DNA of 64,000 bases from Octopus sinensis (lineage: Eukaryota). The notes beneath the pieces are model-generated. The model was not told the origin of the DNA, did not search any database, and saw nothing but the letters and a program-made list of their open reading frames with translations. Location of the stretch: assembly GCF_006345805.1 (NCBI RefSeq), contig NC_043005.1, positions 93,372,001-93,436,000 on the forward strand, read 5' to 3'. A program made the position numbers and the translations under genes. Position 1 is the stretch's first letter. Every line of letters begins with the position of its first letter. This document shows positions 40,188 to 52,640 of this stretch, one piece after another.

Positions 40188-41291
40188 TGTTACGGTTTGG
40201 CTAGTGCAGTATTTCTTGGTGACCCACTTTTGGGTGTGACGCCGGCACGTCTGGAAGAAAAGAGACAGCCCTTTGTTTACTGGGAGATTAATGGGGTTTT
40301 GGAGGGACCTTTTTGGCCTTGTGCGGTCGATTAGGGGTCAGAGAGAGATGTGAGGAATAATCTAGCAGTAGTGAGAAAAAGATAGAGTAAGGCCTGAGAG
40401 CAGATAGAGAGGATATTAGCAGTGAGAGAGGAGGACAGGCAGAGAGTATGGCAGAGCTGTCATGAGAGGGTGACAGCAGCAGGCGATAGAGATAGGCAGT
40501 TAGAGACCAGGGCAGATAGAGAGGGTATAGGCAGTAGAGACAGATGGAGATGAGGGTAGTGGGAAGGGAGAGAGGAAGTGAGGTTTTGGGTAGTTGGTAG
40601 TCGGTCGTCAAAGAGCACAGACGGGTCTTGGAGGTGGGCATGGAGTTGGAATTTTAGGAGCAAGCGATTGGGATGCGAGAGCTTGGCGAGCTGGAGTTAG
40701 CAGTATTGAGAGAGAGAGGGAGTGCAGGATGGGACACTGGCTGTTCAGTTAGGAATTAAGGTATTTGATTATGTATTGATACGTGTTACGATGTAAAAGA
40801 AAAGAAGAGAAAGAAGAGAGAAAAAGAAGGACTCTGATGTAGACGATAATGAACTTTGAATTGTAACGTGAATTGTTGTGATACGAACATTGTATAATGT
40901 ATCGAAGTGTTCTGATTGGACTGTGACGTATCGTGAACATTATTTGATCTGAACTTCTTTGTGTATGAACACTGTTATATTGTTACATGCATGTTTAAAT
41001 GCTTTGATCTGTTGTATGATGTATTGATTTGTTGTTTCCCTTAAATGCGTTGATGTATCTTGATGTTGTAACAATTGATTGTCATATAAACTATTGTTAG
41101 ATGTAAGGCAGTTGCCGTTTTGCCTCTTTGTCTCTCTCTCGATTGCCTCTGGACTGCTGCTGTTGTTGTTGTTGTGTATATCTCCTCTCTCTCCTCTCTC
41201 CGACGAGTTTCCGTAGCTTATTCGCTGCATCGAACGGGCCTGTGTGAGGATTTCCGTAACAGTTCCAATCGGAGGTCCCACCCTCGTAACA
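40188..41291. mobile_element. Solo-LTR-like element (1104 bp) with ATAT TSD
   Basis: TGTTACG ... CGTAACA inverted termini; ATAT at 40184-40187 and 41292-41295; non-coding. Confidence 0.72.
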
Positions 41292-41362
41292 ATATATGTG
41301 TGTGTGTGTGTGTGTGTGTGTATGAGTATGTATATGTATATATATGTATATGTATATGTGTA

Positions 41363-41415
<53 letters not shown>

Positions 41416-41601
41416 TATATAATTAGGGCTTAGTAAAATAATTACTTTGCCACATACTGAACTTAGTAGAAATAGCAGCCAAAAAAAATTTTCTTAGCAT
41501 TTCTACTACTTAAAGAAAATTTCTCTCAGATAATGTTTACTCTAGACAGCTCACGAAGGTTTGGGGGTAAATACAGAAAAATATCACAAGTAGATAGATC
41601 G

Positions 41602-41664
41602 TTTGAGTACGTCAACGTTTCAAGATTAGCCAAATAAAATCAGCATTTCTTTCGTCAGCTCAAA
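41602..41664 (-). ncRNA. Type I hammerhead ribozyme, unit 1
   Basis: TTTGAG-CTGACGA-[AAGA aat GCTGA ttttat TTGGC taa TCTT]-GAAA-CGTTGACG-TA-CTCAAA: complete core, 6-bp stem I, GUA triplet. Confidence 0.85.
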
Positions 41665-42163
41665 ATTTCTTAATTTGGATTTGGAAACACTAAAAAGAAG
41701 GAACTTACCTATCAGCGACTTGTCGCTTCAGATGAACCACTCCAACTAACAGTGTCAACAAATTCAAAATGCGCAGGCGTAAAATTCTGCACTCCCCATT
41801 CCACCCACGTGGTCTACCTAGCAAACATTATATTTTAACCGCGAGAACCGAGGCAGTATGACCGAGAGATATGAATTATAATATCAACAATTGAGGGTAA
41901 AATTAATTAATTAATCAATTTCACCAAGTGTTCAGTATGTAAAAGGACCATTTAGGGCGAATTCAAAATATTACATTATATAATTAGGGCTTAGTAAAAT
42001 AAATTACTTTGCCACATACTGAACTTAGTAGAAATAGCAGCCAAAAAAAATTTTCTTAGCATTTCTACTACTTAAAGAAAATTTCTCTCAGATAATGTTT
42101 ACTCTAGACAGCTCACGAAGGTTTGGGGGTAAATACAGAAAAATATCACAAGTAGATAGATCG

Positions 42164-42226
42164 TTTGAGTACGTCAACGTTTCAAGATTAGCCAAATAAA
42201 ATCAGCATTTCTTTCGTCAGCTCAAA
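42164..42226 (-). ncRNA. Type I hammerhead ribozyme, unit 2
   Basis: Same motif, 562 bp from unit 1. Confidence 0.85.
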
Positions 42227-42725
42227 ATTTCTTAATTTGGATTTGGAAACACTAAAAAGAAGGAACTTTACCTATCAGCGACTTGTCGCTTCAGATGAAC
42301 CACTCCAACTACAGTGTCAACAAATTCAAAATGCGCAGGCGTAAAATTCTGCACTCCCCATTCCACCCACGTGGTCTACCTAGCAAACATTATATTTTAA
42401 CCGCGAGAACCGAGGCAGTATGACCGAGAGATATGAATTATAATATCAACAATTGAGGGTAAAATTAATTAATTAATCAATTTCACCAAGTGTTCAGTAT
42501 GTAAAAGGACCATTTAGGGCGAATTCAAAATATTACATTATATAATTAGGGCTTAGTAAAATAAATTACTTTGCCACATACTGAACTTAGTAGAAATAGC
42601 AGCCAAAAAAAATTTTCTTAGCATTTCTATTACTTAAAGAAAATTTCTCTCAGATAATGTTTACTCTAGACAGCTCACGAAGGTTTGGGGGTAAATACAG
42701 AAAAATATCACAAGTACATAGATCG

Positions 42726-42788
42726 TTTGAGTACGTCAACGTTTCAAGATTAGCCAAATAAAATCAGCATTTCTTTCGTCAGCTCAAA
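42726..42788 (-). ncRNA. Type I hammerhead ribozyme, unit 3
   Basis: Same motif, 562 bp from unit 2. Confidence 0.85.
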
Positions 42789-43964
42789 ATTTCTTAATTT
42801 GGATTTGGAAACACTAAAAAGAAGGAACTTTACCTATCAGCGACTTGTCGCTTCAGATGAACCACTCCAACTAACAGTGTCAACAAATTCAAAATGCGCA
42901 GGCGTAAAATTCTGCACTCCCCATTCCACCCACGTGGTCTATCTAGCAAATATTATATTTTAACCGCGAGAACCGAGGCAGTATGACCGAGAGATATGAA
43001 TTATAATATCAACAATTGAGGGTAAAATTAATTAATTAATCAATTTCACCAAGTGTTCAGTATGTAAAAGGACCATTTAAGGCGAATTCAAAATATTACA
43101 TTATATAATTATTATTGAGGTTGATATGGCGTGTGTAATGATACCTACATCCGGACATATCACTAGTTGCAGGAGACAGGTTTATATATGTGAGAGTGGG
43201 TACGCATGTAGACACACACGTACACACATACAAGATATGCTTAAAGCATGTAGCGTGGGACTGCTATAAACTGACCACTCGCCTCAACTATATCATATTT
43301 CACCCACCCCCCGATAATTAAAAGTAATTTACGACGCTCACCACAGCATCAGAACTTTAACCCATTATCTCTCTATCTTAATCCTTTTGTCTTTACGACC
43401 GCTTTGTATACTTTTGCATCTTTTTATCTTTATTTCATTTTATCTTTATTTTTGTTTTTTATTTTTTTATTTTTTACTCGTTATTTTTGTACATTTTACA
43501 CTTTCACAATACATTTCTAGAATTTATAACCCTATACCTGACGTTCTTTATATCTTTATATATTTATATTTTTACATCTTTACCTTTTATTATATTTTAT
43601 TATCTTTTATAATTATATTTATATTTATATATTTTTTTTGTGATCCCAACTTCATTAACGTTTCCCCCCTTCTCCTCTATTCTCCTTTTTCTCTTTTTCT
43701 CAACATCCAATGCTCCTTTTTTCATTCCCTTACAAGAAGAATGAACCCAACCGGAATTTACCCAGTATTCACTCTATATTGAGTGAGAAAACGGTATGGA
43801 CGGATTTTTGGAGTCCAATAATACCCTGTACGCCTATTTGATTATGAAGATTTACAAACATACTTTCCCAGTTATACTCGGTTTACCTACCATTATAAAT
43901 AATACAAAATGTTCTTTCTCAAACCTTTCATAATGTGATACAAGTCTTTGGTGTAGCAATTGTA

Positions 43965-44059
43965 TGCGGCTGAAGAGGGCTTTTAAACTATCTGTTATGT
44001 CGATTATACATTGATGTAAGAATAAGTTGGTTTATAAAGCTCGAAACATGTGTACCGCG
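43965..44059 (+). ncRNA. Type I hammerhead ribozyme with extended stem II
   Basis: TGCGG-CTGAAGA-GGGCTTTTAAAC-(41-nt loop)-GTTTATAAAGCTC-GAAA-CATGTG-TA-CCGCG. Confidence 0.75.
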
Positions 44060-44182
44060 ACATCCTTTGTGCCCTGTTTTTCATTTTATTTCATTTGATA
44101 CATATATATATATATATATATACACATATATATATAGCATTATTAAATCTCTGAACGAGATGTAAACAGTAACCGCTCGACA

Positions 44183-44719
44183 ATGTAAAGTATAATAGCC
44201 ATCTCAATATGGCTAACCACAAAGGGTGGGTGCTACTGTAGCTTTTAGCCCCAGAAGATCATCGTCTCCAGCTGGCTTTAGGCACACTATCTGTGCCCTT
44301 ATGGTATTTGCAAAGGGAGGCCATCCCATTCTCGTAAGCCTAAGTGATACGCACCGGACCGCGGTTTCGAGGTTGTTGCCTCTTATCAACGGGCGGTAAT
44401 CACCGGATCACGATGAAAGACAGTTTTTCGAAATCAGTGAGGGAGTTACTAGAAAAACACATATATTTGCATACAGGCTTTCTCTTTCATCGTGATCCGG
44501 TGATTACCGCCCGTTGACAAGAGGCAAATACCTGGAAACTGCGGTCCGTGCGTATCACTTAGGCTTACGAGAGAGGGATGACCTCCCTTTGCAAATACCA
44601 TAAGGGCACAGATAGTGTGCCTAAAGCCAGCTGGAGACGATGATCTCCTGGGGCTAAAAGCTACAGTAACACCCACCCTCAGTGGTTAGCCATATTGAGA
44701 TGGCTATTATACTTTACAT
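44183..44719. mobile_element. Foldback MITE with ~240-bp inverted arms
   Basis: ATGTAAAGTATAATAGCCATCTCAATATGGCTAACCAC... is inverted at ...GTGGTTAGCCATATTGAGATGGCTATTATACTTTACAT; arms similar but not identical. Confidence 0.85.
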
Positions 44720-46009
44720 ATATATATATATATAATGTTTTATTAAAGTTGAAAAGACATCAATATTGTTCAAAATATTCAAGTGAAACTGTGAGTAACA
44801 GTTCGTCAACTTCAATAAATCACTATTTTACTCTGCAAAAGTCAACTTCCTGTCCTGTCCGCAAGTTCAATGCATTGAAAACCACAATCAGCAAATGCCT
44901 TCTTTTTTTTTTTTTTTTGTTTGTTTTTTGATGGTTCGAGGAATATTTGGCTACTATTTCTAGCAGCTGGAGGCTTTCTCGTTGGCGACATATAAGTTGT
45001 AAATATTATATATTTATGCATTCTAGAGTCCATTTGTGCTGTATTTAAGAAAGTAATATAGAAAAGCGATAGTCCATGGAGTGGCGACCGTCTTGAAATA
45101 GACAATTCTTCGGTTGATTCCAGTGAAATGATTTCCCAGCAAGATTTGAAACGGAAACGTAAATATAAGACTAAACACATCACAATAAAAAAAGAAAAGA
45201 AAAAGAGAGTGTCCCCCCTCAGACATCGATAGCAATTTATTTTTTCCAAAAAGTATTTCCGTAAGACTTTGATCGGTTCCACTCGATTGATCTGCCTTAA
45301 GTATGTAACTGATATTTCCTCTCGATTCCAGAGCGTTGAATAGTGAAGTCTACTCAGGTAGAATTTGAACTCAGAATGTAGAGGGAAGGTCGCAAATACC
45401 GAAGGGTGTTTAGTCTGGCGTTCTACTGCTTCAGCCACTCAACAAACCTAGCTTTGTAGAATACAATGATGATGATGATGGGGGTGGTGGCGGCGGCGGT
45501 GATGACGTTGGCAGTGACATTCTAAGAGTCGATGACTAAGAACATAATACAGAGAAAGAAGCGCCTCCAGCTTGGCAGTTCACTCCGAAGAGAATCTCGA
45601 TATTTTCTTCAAAAACCTGAACAAACAAAATGGAGCACCCCCACCCACCCCTCCTCTCAATAAACAACAACAACACTAACAGCAAGAACAACAGTCTCCG
45701 TAACACCGTCAATAATAAACAAGCGATCAAGCTCTATGCAATATGAAGAAAGCGAATGAATAATCAGAAATCTTTACAAATGAAGTTTTATGTTTTTATT
45801 TATTTATCTATTTTATTTTTAATATATTTTCTTTTTGGAAAAAAATAAATAAATATCGTCAAAAGAAAATGTCAAGTAAAAAAAACCGAATAAGTTGTTG
45901 AGTAACAAAGACTGAGATCTTAATAAAACGATATCCGACTCTTATAAAATAATACAGCAGATCGATGGAGGAGAGAACAACATCGATCTGCACTTGTTTC
46001 CTATCGGGA

Positions 46010-46047
46010 CATGACATTTATGTTGCTGCTGCTGCTGCTGCTGCTGC

Positions 46048-46099
<52 letters not shown>

Positions 46100-46112
46100 G
46101 ATGATGATGATG
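46010..46112. repeat. (CTG)n/(TTG)n/(ATG)n trinucleotide tract
   Basis: Direct inspection. Confidence 0.93.
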
Positions 46113-46665
46113 TTTAGCCCAAGGTTAACCCTAATCAAGCCAACATATGATCAAACCCAAGTCTCTCTCAAACCACGAATAAAAAAGATACATAGCAGTC
46201 ATAAGACTATGTATTTTTGAAATCCCATGAAATTTACAGGATGGTCATATGTGGGATGCTTTTGATTACAAACATGTTCGATCGGTTGACATAGGCTGAA
46301 CAACAACAACAGTAAATATACGACAATCCTGTCCTGTCCGCAAGTGCAACGCATCGAAAACCACAATCAGCGAATGCTTTCTTTTTTTTTTTTTTCTTAG
46401 TTTTTGATGTTCGAGGAATATTTGGCTTCTATTTCTAACAGGTCGAGGTTTTCTCGTTGGCGAGAAATAAAGAAGGTAACAAATTGTTAAGATGCCCACG
46501 ATGCCACAACAAAAACCTTCCAATCAATTTATCATTTTAATGCTGTTGAACACCACAAAATCATTAATTATTAAATATCCCATAGAACACTATAAGCAGT
46601 TCGTTATTAAAATTAATCATGAAAATTAATTATAGATTCTAATGTTGAAAATATTTATATATATA

Positions 46666-47324
46666 CTAGCAGTAATACCCGTCGTTCATCGGATAATTAC
46701 TTTTACTCTTTCTCAGGAGTCACATTCAAAGTAATTATTATATATATAATAGATTTCTCAACGGGGATTTCAGGGGAGAGTTTCAGGCAGTCGCTGGCGA
46801 TGTATCGTGATGATCAAAAATCCGGCCTGCTAAAATTCAAACTGCAGACTCAACGCAAAATGGTCACATTTAATTCAAAGCGTTAAAAATGTTATGAAAA
46901 CAATTGGTATGTGTTCACAAAGTCCAAACGATTAATACGAAAAAACCCTCCAGGCTACATCCCGAAAATTCATTTCTTTGCCGAATTTCTACAATGTTTA
47001 CGGCAATTCGTTTTTATATCTTGATGTTTTATTTTTCATGCAATTTACACATGCTTGCACGCGTGGTGAACACAGTTCACGTCAAACAGCTGACTGAGTA
47101 AAGTTCACTATTCAATGCATGGGAAAAGGCCTAAACAAACACATTATCGATTTTTGCACTTGCGAGATGAATTTTGGAACAGAAATAGCGCAGTTCAATT
47201 TTCATTCGCCTAAACTTTAAGTGACCTTTTTTGGTGGTTCTACGATTTGTTGGCTAGGAGGAGATGTGTCGGGAAGTTAAACACACAGACACACACACAG
47301 ATACACACACAGACACACAAGTTG

Positions 47325-47345
<21 letters not shown>
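46666..47345 (-). mobile_element. Non-autonomous Helitron
   Basis: Minus strand 3' hairpin ATCCGATGAACGACGGGT followed by ATTACTGCTAG|T; 5' region TATATATAAACTCAACTTGTGTGTCTGTG resembles the Helitron at 10294. Confidence 0.7.
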
Positions 47346-47401
<56 letters not shown>

Positions 47402-47584
47402 AGAAACGCCCAGAAAACGGCTAGAACTACAACTTGCCTGTCCATAAAGTCTTTAGTCAAATCACATGGAATATAGAAATGGAGTGAAACCGTTTATCGT
47501 GCCCAACTCTTTTTGGTAACGTAGCTAAGCGGTGCCCCAGCATGGCCGCAGCCTAATAACTGAAACAAGTAAAATTAAAATAGA

Positions 47585-48160
47585 TAGATATGTGTATATA
47601 CAATATATTATGTATGTATATATGTACGTATGTATATATGTACGTACGTATGTATGTATGTATGTATGTATGTATGTATGTATGTATGTATGTATGTATG
47701 TATGTATGTATGTATGTATGTATGTATGTATGCATGTATGTATGTATATATGTATGCATGCATGTATGTATGTATGCATGTATGTAGGTATATATGTATG
47801 TACGTATGTATATATGTATGTATATATGTACGTCTGTATGTATACATGTATGTTCGTAATTATGTATGTATGCATGTATGTATGTATGTATGTATGTATG
47901 CATGCATGTATATATGTACGTATGTATGTATGTAGGTATGTATATATGTATGTATATATGTATGTATGTACGTATGTATGTATGTATGTATGTATGCATG
48001 TATGTATGTATGTATGTATGTATGTATGTATGTATGTATGCATGTATGTATGTATGTATGTATGTATGTATGTATGATGTATGTATGTATGTATGTATGT
48101 ATGAATGTATGTATGTATGTATGCATGTATGTATGTATGTATGTAGTATGTATGTATACT
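47585..48160. repeat. (TATG)n tract downstream of a SINE 3' tail (47529-47580)
   Basis: Direct inspection. Confidence 0.95.
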
Positions 48161-48971
48161 GGTATGTGCATACTTATAATGTGTATACAAACGCGGAAGG
48201 GGACTAGCTGTAATATTTAGTAATAGAAAATCTTCTCAAAGATACTTGTGTTCAAAATGCACCCGTGTCCCACCCTTGTGTAAACATTAGAAATGTCTAT
48301 ACACCCCAATATTTTAAGATTGTTCCACGCACACACACAAAAGGGTTGAAGATTTTTACGTTAGGCGGCGAGGCTGCGAACAAAAAGCTAATCTTTATAG
48401 CATGACCTCAGGAAATGCCCTGTTTTAAAGAAAACTACCTGCGATTGACCATCCTTATTTCCTCGCATAGCAACGCATATATATTTCAAATGCTAAAAAT
48501 ATTAACACACAAACTCATATGCGTGCGCAGCCGCACATATTTACACGCCTCATTCTGACATAAATTGAATAATGTTCTGTTAATTAGTACGAGCTGAGAA
48601 GGTTAAGATATAGGGCTTACAATTATTAGGTCGCGAGGTCGTGGACTCAATTTTCGGATTAGGAAGCGCTTTGGGTCCATGCACAACGTACTTCATTTCA
48701 TCTGAAAATTGCACCAGTGGCCCCTGAAAATCTGCAACGGACTAGCGACCTCCTATTCCAGAGACGTTTTGTACTTAGAAGCTAAAACGTCTTGAAAATC
48801 TGGATAAACCGCAGCTTTCTGTTAGTTCGAGGCAAAATCTTCCCAGCGGGGCGGTGGAAAATTTAAAACTGGTTCGGGCATAAAGGGAGTGTTTGGGGAC
48901 GATAATATTTAAATTGCCTGAATTTTCGAAAATATATTCAACTTTTGTATGTGTGAATCATCTGGTAATAT

Positions 48972-49116
48972 TCGTTTCAGTTTCCGTCTACCAAATCCAG
49001 TCGCAAGGCTTTGGTCGGCCCGAGGCTATAGTAGAAGACACTTGCCCAAGGTGCCACGCAGTGGGACTGAACTCGGAACCATATGGTTGGTAAGTAAGCT
49101 ACTTACCACACAGCCA
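48972..49116 (-). mobile_element. tRNA-derived SINE (second family)
   Basis: Minus head TGGCTGTGTGGTAAG...GAGTTCAGTCCC, then CACCTTGGGCAAGTGTCTTCTACTATAGCC. Confidence 0.8.
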
Positions 49117-51215
49117 TTATATTATATTATATATCATATTATATTATATTATATTATATTATATTATATTATATTATTTATATTATATTATATTATATAT
49201 ATATGTGTGTGTATGTGTGTGTGTGTGTGGTGTGTGTGTGTGTGTAAACGCCCACACGTTTACAAGCAGAAGATCCTATTTGAAACTTGATGGAATCCCG
49301 TAACTAACCTGTAAATAAGACATTGCACAACAACCTGTCATAATCTGAACACAAAATAGGTTAGAGAAGCGTTGTAATATCGCTATTTCGGAACATCAAG
49401 ACATCAAACTCACACAAAAATGATTTATAGTCTTAGTAATTTACGTTGACAAAACTAGTGGTTGCCATTTAGAAATAGGGGAAAGTATGAAGAACATAAT
49501 CGTTTTACATCTGCCTATATAGCGTGAACAGCGATATGTTTATAGCAAAAACAAAAAAAAGGAAAGAAAGATATGACTGTTGGTTATTTCGTCGGAGTCT
49601 GAGAGACGTAAATGAATTCAAGCGATTCGAGCTAGAAATATAAACCAAGATGTAATGTCTTTTTGAGAAATTACGTTAAGCATTAGTCATTGCTTTCAAA
49701 TGATTTAACATGAAAGATAAAGGAAAAGAAATCATATAAAACGTCATTCTTTCTCTTATAGTAAAACAGCATCAAATGATGGCGATTTCATCAGACATTT
49801 TGAAATAGATGGAGAGCGAATATCTAGGTTTTCCGCAATATATATGTAATACATCCATCCCTCGACACATACACACATACATATATATACTTACATACAA
49901 TACACACATATCATTTAATGTACGCAGTATAAAGAAATGAGCTACCAATCGTTTAGTAAAGTCACTCAGTTGGCTGCCACGGACGGGGTTTGAAGACAAC
50001 CAACAAAACACATACATTCAAATGGAAAATCGTCGAGAGAGCCATAGGTTAAGGGATATAAGAAATACAAGTTATGCATAGCTGAAAGATCGTACATTCT
50101 TTTCAGATCTAAGTATTCCACTGTACCTCTGAATTCCAGAAGCGTAATTTTCAGCAAATGCCAGTATATGGACAATTTACTTTGGGAGAAATGGAGGATA
50201 TCACCCTCTCTGAATTGAACAGCTATCTCGCAGACTTTGAACCCCTGTTCTACAACAGCTTAGCTTAATTACGGTTTAACGGTCCAACGGGACATAACTC
50301 AAATTTTCTTTCTTTTCTTTTTCCGTTTCTATTCACCTTTCCACTTTTTGCACCTACCTTCTCGATTTGTTCGTGATTCCTCTTGTACCAACGTCTTGAT
50401 TTGCAAACAGAATAGGCCATGTACTCAGAGCCTGAAGATTGCTTGGAGACACAAGGTATATTATAAAAACCCGCTCCTAAGCCTGTGTCTCAATTACAAG
50501 AAACTATGAATAATTCGTAATTTTAAACCGTCTACATGAAATGGTGTTTATCTCTTGCTTTCTCTGTTGATCCTACTTTAACGGAACATACGCGCGTGAG
50601 TATGTGTGTGTGTGTCTTTTTGCCTGTACTGTCCCAGTCTGCTTGACAACTAGTGTTGGTTTATTTACGCCCCACAATTCAATGGATCGGCAAAAGTGAC
50701 GGATAAATACCAGACTTAAAAAATAAATACTGGAGTCGATTTGTTGGGCAAAAACCCCTTCAAGCATCGTCGCTGTCCAATGATTGGAACAAGTAAAAGG
50801 GAAAGAATGGACAAAGTCGTGTGGACGTTTCAATCTGCAGATAACAAACCAGGATACGAACCAGGACACAACATTCTAATCAGCAAAAAATGGGAAAATA
50901 GTATTTTGAACTGCAAGGTTTAAAATACTTTTTTTTTTCACTGTCAGTTCTGAAAATCAAATAATGACAGGAAAATTCAGGTTGAGCTTGAGAGTAAAAT
51001 AATTAAATAAATTAATAAATGAAAATGAGGAAAAATGTAAAGAAAAAATAGAGAAACATTATGGCTGCCGGAGAGTTACGAACGTTGCAGCCGTGAGGAA
51101 TTGGTGTAGAGTTGGTGTCAAGATTCGCTTCAGAGCACTATAAATTTTAGATCTTGTCAGAAATGCCAATGCTGTCTATCCATCTGTCTGTCTGTCTATC
51201 TCTCTCTCTCTCTCC

Positions 51216-51306
<91 letters not shown>

Positions 51307-51450
51307 CGTGATCACCGTGACCGACCAGACTATCAGATGTTGCTACACATCGCTGGTCACAATGCGCTTCGGATAGTTTTAGCCTTCAAATGACGCCACC
51401 CCGCTGGCTAAGCGAGCAGGCAAATATATATATATATATATTATATTATA

Positions 51451-51902
51451 TTGAGGGTACTACTATTCGTAGATACCAACACGCTAAGAGGGACCAATGC
51501 GGTCAAAACTACTAAAAATAAACAAAATTTTACCGGAATAGTTCAATACTGAATTTTTATTCCGACTAGACAATTTGTTACCGAAATGCATTGCGAAAAA
51601 GCCCGCCATTTTCATAGATATGTAAGGATAAACATTCGTACAAGCTACGACGAATTCTACGGTTAGCTATCGAGTTTGTAATGTTATGTTTTTTCTTATA
51701 TTTCTTGAGTTTGTTGCACTGACGAACATGAAATGCATATTCTGCATTAAATGCGAAATCACATGTGATATGTAACTGAATTCTTTTTTAAAATGATGTG
51801 TTTTGAAGTTTTGCATTCGGTAAAATTTTGTTTATTTTTAGTAGTTTTGACTGCATTGGTCCCTCTTAGTGTGTTGGTATCTACGAATAGTAGTACCCTC
51901 AA
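51451..51902. mobile_element. Tc1/mariner-type MITE with ~90-bp TIRs and TA TSD
   Basis: TA|TTGAGGGTACTACTATTCGTAGATACCAACAC... inverted at ...GTGTTGGTATCTACGAATAGTAGTACCCTCAA|TA. Confidence 0.82.
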
Positions 51903-52439
51903 TATAATATAAATGAATATTTTCAAAGAGGAAGAATTTACGGATTTTTTCTCTTACGAGGTTTTTCACGCTGACTACTGATAATTTCTTTTAAAGATTT
52001 TATCCTCAATTGTTAATATATATATATATATATATGAAAAAACAAGTCAGGATAGAAAATGCTAAAATAATTTTATAAAGAACAATTCAGTACCGGTTTC
52101 AGTCATTTTGAGACCTTTTCAACTATAGCAATTAAATAATTAAATTTAGAAAAATTAAAAGAAAAGTTTTTTAAAAGAATATTTGTATAGTGTTCAAATA
52201 TAAGTGGCATTTTCCTTGTTTCTGCCTTTCTCTGTCTCTCTTGTTTACTCTTGTGGGTTCGAGGTCGTTGTGAATTCTTGGTAGGGAAGAAGGAGGAGGA
52301 GGAGGAAGACGAAGAATTTGGGAGTGCCTTGATTGTAGTACTTTGAATGGTCAGTAGAAGCTAGCAGTTGCTGTTCAATTCATGAAAATCTATTGAAAGT
52401 TTTGTTTATAGAATTCGCGTAGGTGATAAAGTTAGGAAG

Positions 52440-52510
52440 AGAAGAAAGGAGAATGGGAGAAGAAGAAGAAGAAGAAGAAGAAGGAAGAAGGAGGAGGAGG
52501 AGGAGGAGAA

Positions 52511-52565
<55 letters not shown>

Positions 52566-52640
52566 GAGGAGGATGAGAAGGAGGAAGAGGAGGAGGAGGA
52601 GAAGAAGAAGAAGAAGAAGAAGAAGAAGAAGAAGAATATG
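52440..52640. repeat. (GAA)n/(GGA)n/(GAT)n purine-rich trinucleotide tract
   Basis: Direct inspection. Confidence 0.92.

Larger units (their letters stand above)
41421..43110 (-). repeat. Head-to-tail trimer of a ~562-bp unit, each unit carrying a hammerhead ribozyme (retrozyme-like)
   Basis: Units start AATTAGGGCTTAGTAAAAT at 41421, 41982 and 42544 and are nearly identical; the array ends at about 43110. Confidence 0.92.

Noticed and set aside
41421-43110. CRISPR-like or rDNA-type array
   Set aside because: Units are whole duplications without unique spacers and have no rRNA similarity that I can recognise.
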